A stretch of DNA of 27,719 bases, from IMG/VR virus record IMGVR_UViG_3300025600_000040, positions 1 through 27,719 of that record. One strand, 5' to 3'. The position numbers and the translations under genes are program-made. The notes beneath the pieces were generated by a model. The model saw only the letters and a program-made list of their open reading frames with translations. It searched no databases and was not told the DNA's origin. Of the stretch, positions 25,417 through 27,719 are shown in pieces. Every line of letters begins with the position of its first letter. The first letter of the stretch is position 1. Origin of the DNA: a virus (Duplodnaviria > Caudoviricetes).

Positions 25417-25511
25417 CAGACGGGCAATGGCATATCGCCATGGCTCTGGCGGGCTGCCTGAAAAATGTTTCGGATGATGGATTTGAGGTGATTGATGGCG
25501 ACGACAGTTGA
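25329..25511 (+). CDS. -1 frameshift extension of tail assembly chaperone (G-T form)
   Basis: After A AAA AAG the -1 frame is open for 60 codons (KAGADSYESFKF...YFGRPASELTDGQW...) to TGA at 25509-25511. Confidence 0.75.
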   Translation, partial: KAGADSYESFKFAHGLAAAAYFGRPASELTDGQWHIAMALAGCLKNVSDDGFEVIDGDDS

Positions 25512-27615
25512 CGGAATTGCAATTCGATTGGGCATGGACCCGTCAAGTTTGCAGCAGGGCATCCGCCGCGCCGAAACATCCATTGACTCGTTTGGCTCTC
25601 GTTCACGGGCGGTGATTGGGCGCATGGGTACCGCGATAAAGGGTTCTGCCGATCGCATGCTCACGCCAATGACCGCAGCGCTCACGGGTGGCGGTATGGC
25701 CTTGGCTGTGAACCAGATTAATGGCGTACAGTTTGCCATGGCGCAACTAGGGAATCAGGCACATTGGAGTGATGAAAAAATTGCTTCCGTTACCGGACAA
25801 GTATATGCAAGCGCAAAGAAATCTGGCCAGTCATTAGAAGATCTGATCGCAGGCATGACCAAATTTGTTGATGCGACAGGAGATGGCGAAGCAGCGGTCT
25901 CTTTGCTTGGTGATACCGCCATGACGAGTACGGCGGTTAGTGCTCGGTTTGAAGACATGGGTGCTATTGCCGCGCAACTGGGGCAAAAATTTGGTATTGC
26001 GAAAGAGGATCTTGGCTCATGGTTCGAGATCCTTTCTACTCAGGGAGATAAAGGGGCCTTTACCCTAGCAGATCTCGCAGACAATGGCGAACGTCTATTT
26101 GCTTCAGCAGCATCCGGTGGTACTGTTCAGGGTGGATTAAGGTCTTTCGGTGCGCTGATTCAAATTGCACGAGGCACGGTTGGCTCCTCTGCTGAAGCAA
26201 CAACAGTGATTGAGAATATGTTTAACACCTTCAAGCAGAAGGCCAAGGAAATAAAGAAGTTCACAGGATTCAATGTATTTGATACGAATGGAAATCTTAA
26301 GGATGCTGAAACAATCCTTAAGACGATATATAAATACACTGGAGGTAGTAGCCAAAAACTTTCCAAATTCGGCTTCACAGACGGCGCATTGAAAATGATG
26401 GAGGAGTTCTCCCGCCAGAGAAAGGTTACTGGTGATTATGGGTTCCTTGAAGACTTAAAGAACGTAGCGCCAGAAGCGTCGAAGATGAATAACGTCCATG
26501 AGAAATTTGGGCGAATCATACAGACCAATACGATGCAGATGAAAATTGCCAAAACCAATTTTCAAGAACTGCTCGCAGTGAATTTGGCTGGCCCCATTGA
26601 GAAGGCTGCTAATGCACTAAAGTACCTCAATGACCATCAGAAGATTGCAGAGGCTGGATTCAAAGCTCTTGCGGTGGCAGCAATAGCACTCACAGCCGTA
26701 AAAATTGGATCATGGGGCATTGAGGTGTTCCGGTTCGGTAAAGAGCTGACGAGCCTCGCAAAAGGCAAAGGTGGCGCATCTGCCGGAAAAGGTGTCGAAG
26801 GTGCCCTAGATAGCATCGGAGTGCAGAAGGTCTTTGTTACCAATATGGGATCTGGCGGACTGCCTGGATCAGATTATTACGATGATATCCCTGGCGGCTC
26901 ACGCGGATCAAAAGCACCGGTGGAGACGGCAAAGAAGGCGGAAGGCTGGTTTGCAAAAAAGATGCCCACATTTGCATCGTGGGGTTCAAAATTCTTTGGC
27001 TTCTTTAAAGGAAACTTCCTGTCGATAGCGGGTGTTGCCGCTCCCTTTATAACTGGCATTGGTGGTATAGGTACTGCACTCGCTGCTGGTGCGGTCATGT
27101 TTGCGCCGCTCATAATCGCTTTGGCCGCACTTGGCGCTGCGGCGGCCTTGGCCGTTGGATTCATTGAGCTCTTATCTGCTCGTGCCGACACAATGAGAGG
27201 AATCGAGAAGAGTCAGGCAGCCAATACCGCAACAATTCGCACCAAGTACGGCGCGAAAGCAGAAGGCATTAGCGGGCAGATGGATGATATTGAAAAGCAG
27301 CTTGCAAAAGAAAACTCAGCTTTCTGGACTAATGACGGCAAGGTCGCCGAGCTAAACAAGAGGCGCGGTGAGCTGAGTGCTCAACTGCAAGATGCTGTCA
27401 GGCAGAATAAGGAAGATATGATTTCCGGTAAGCCTAAGATTTTAAAGGATGCGCTCTCTGGTGGCAATGACAAAACGCCGCCTATTTATCAAGGCTTCCA
27501 GATCTTCGTCGATACCGAAAAGAAAACCTCGGTCATCGAACAAACTAGCGGTACCCAGACCAAGGGCAGCGTGAACGCCAGTACGATCCCATGGAGTGGG
27601 AGGTCATACCAGTGA
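25495..27615 (+). CDS. Tail tape measure protein
   Basis: About 706 aa, Ala/Gly-rich and helical; QG..GAF.L.DLA core, V..VFVTN motif, hydrophobic segments. Confidence 0.92.
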   Translation: MATTVDGIAIRLGMDPSSLQQGIRRAETSIDSFGSRSRAVIGRMGTAIKGSADRMLTPMTAALTGGGMALAVNQINGVQFAMAQLGNQAHWSDEKIASVTGQVYASAKKSGQSLEDLIAGMTKFVDATGDGEAAVSLLGDTAMTSTAVSARFEDMGAIAAQLGQKFGIAKEDLGSWFEILSTQGDKGAFTLADLADNGERLFASAASGGTVQGGLRSFGALIQIARGTVGSSAEATTVIENMFNTFKQKAKEIKKFTGFNVFDTNGNLKDAETILKTIYKYTGGSSQKLSKFGFTDGALKMMEEFSRQRKVTGDYGFLEDLKNVAPEASKMNNVHEKFGRIIQTNTMQMKIAKTNFQELLAVNLAGPIEKAANALKYLNDHQKIAEAGFKALAVAAIALTAVKIGSWGIEVFRFGKELTSLAKGKGGASAGKGVEGALDSIGVQKVFVTNMGSGGLPGSDYYDDIPGGSRGSKAPVETAKKAEGWFAKKMPTFASWGSKFFGFFKGNFLSIAGVAAPFITGIGGIGTALAAGAVMFAPLIIALAALGAAAALAVGFIELLSARADTMRGIEKSQAANTATIRTKYGAKAEGISGQMDDIEKQLAKENSAFWTNDGKVAELNKRRGELSAQLQDAVRQNKEDMISGKPKILKDALSGGNDKTPPIYQGFQIFVDTEKKTSVIEQTSGTQTKGSVNASTIPWSGRSYQ

Positions 27616-27719
27616 GCATTTCAAAACTAGGCCCCTGGGAACTTGACCTCGTCAGCGTTGATGGAAGCATCGCGCACGCCCTTGCCGTTACGGAATATCC
27701 CTTCCAAGACGGTGCTGAT
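27612..27719 (+). CDS. DNA circularisation protein (Mu gpN-like), N-terminus, truncated by window
   Basis: GTGA overlap with tape measure stop; ...HALAVTEYPFQDGAD resembles the EYP.xDG motif. Confidence 0.8.
   Translation, partial: MSISKLGPWELDLVSVDGSIAHALAVTEYPFQDGAD

Larger units (their letters stand above)
1..27719. mobile_element. Mu-like transposable (pro)phage, left ~27.7 kb; right part truncated by window
   Basis: MuA DDE transposase plus MuB ATPase, GemA, Mor, DUF935 portal, MuF, gpG, gpI-like protease, gp36, sheath, tube and gpN. No host housekeeping genes seen. Confidence 0.96.

Noticed and set aside
15169-25739. Many 60-175-aa antisense or alternate-frame ORFs inside structural genes
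   Set aside because: Expected shadows of the coding strands; no motifs or translation signals.

Overview
The window is almost entirely a Mu-like (transposable) myovirus-type prophage or phage genome, running from what looks like its left end (repeat array at 1-290) to the start of the DNA-circularisation gene; the baseplate, fibre genes and right end lie outside the window. A leftward early operon (Cro/Ner-like, Bro-N, DEDDh exonuclease, MuA, MuB, GemA, DUF3164) runs without a break into a putative holin-DUF5675-patatin lysis cassette. It is followed by a divergent tandem-HTH repressor, a repeat-bounded lipoprotein island and a Dam-Mor pair. The packaging operon (small terminase, terminase, portal, MuF, gpG) is inverted and diverges from the protease-capsid-tail operon. 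The best novelty candidate is a MuF protein with a C-terminal PBECR2-like nuclease domain and no immunity ORF. In its place is a convergent ~105-nt transcription unit with its own promoter, two hairpins with complementary loops and a terminator, which may be an RNA antitoxin. Other candidates are a tRNA-minihelix element upstream of a 35-aa membrane peptide, the patatin lysis module and a membrane-anchored prohead protease. All family assignments come from motif recognition by eye; no database searches were run.
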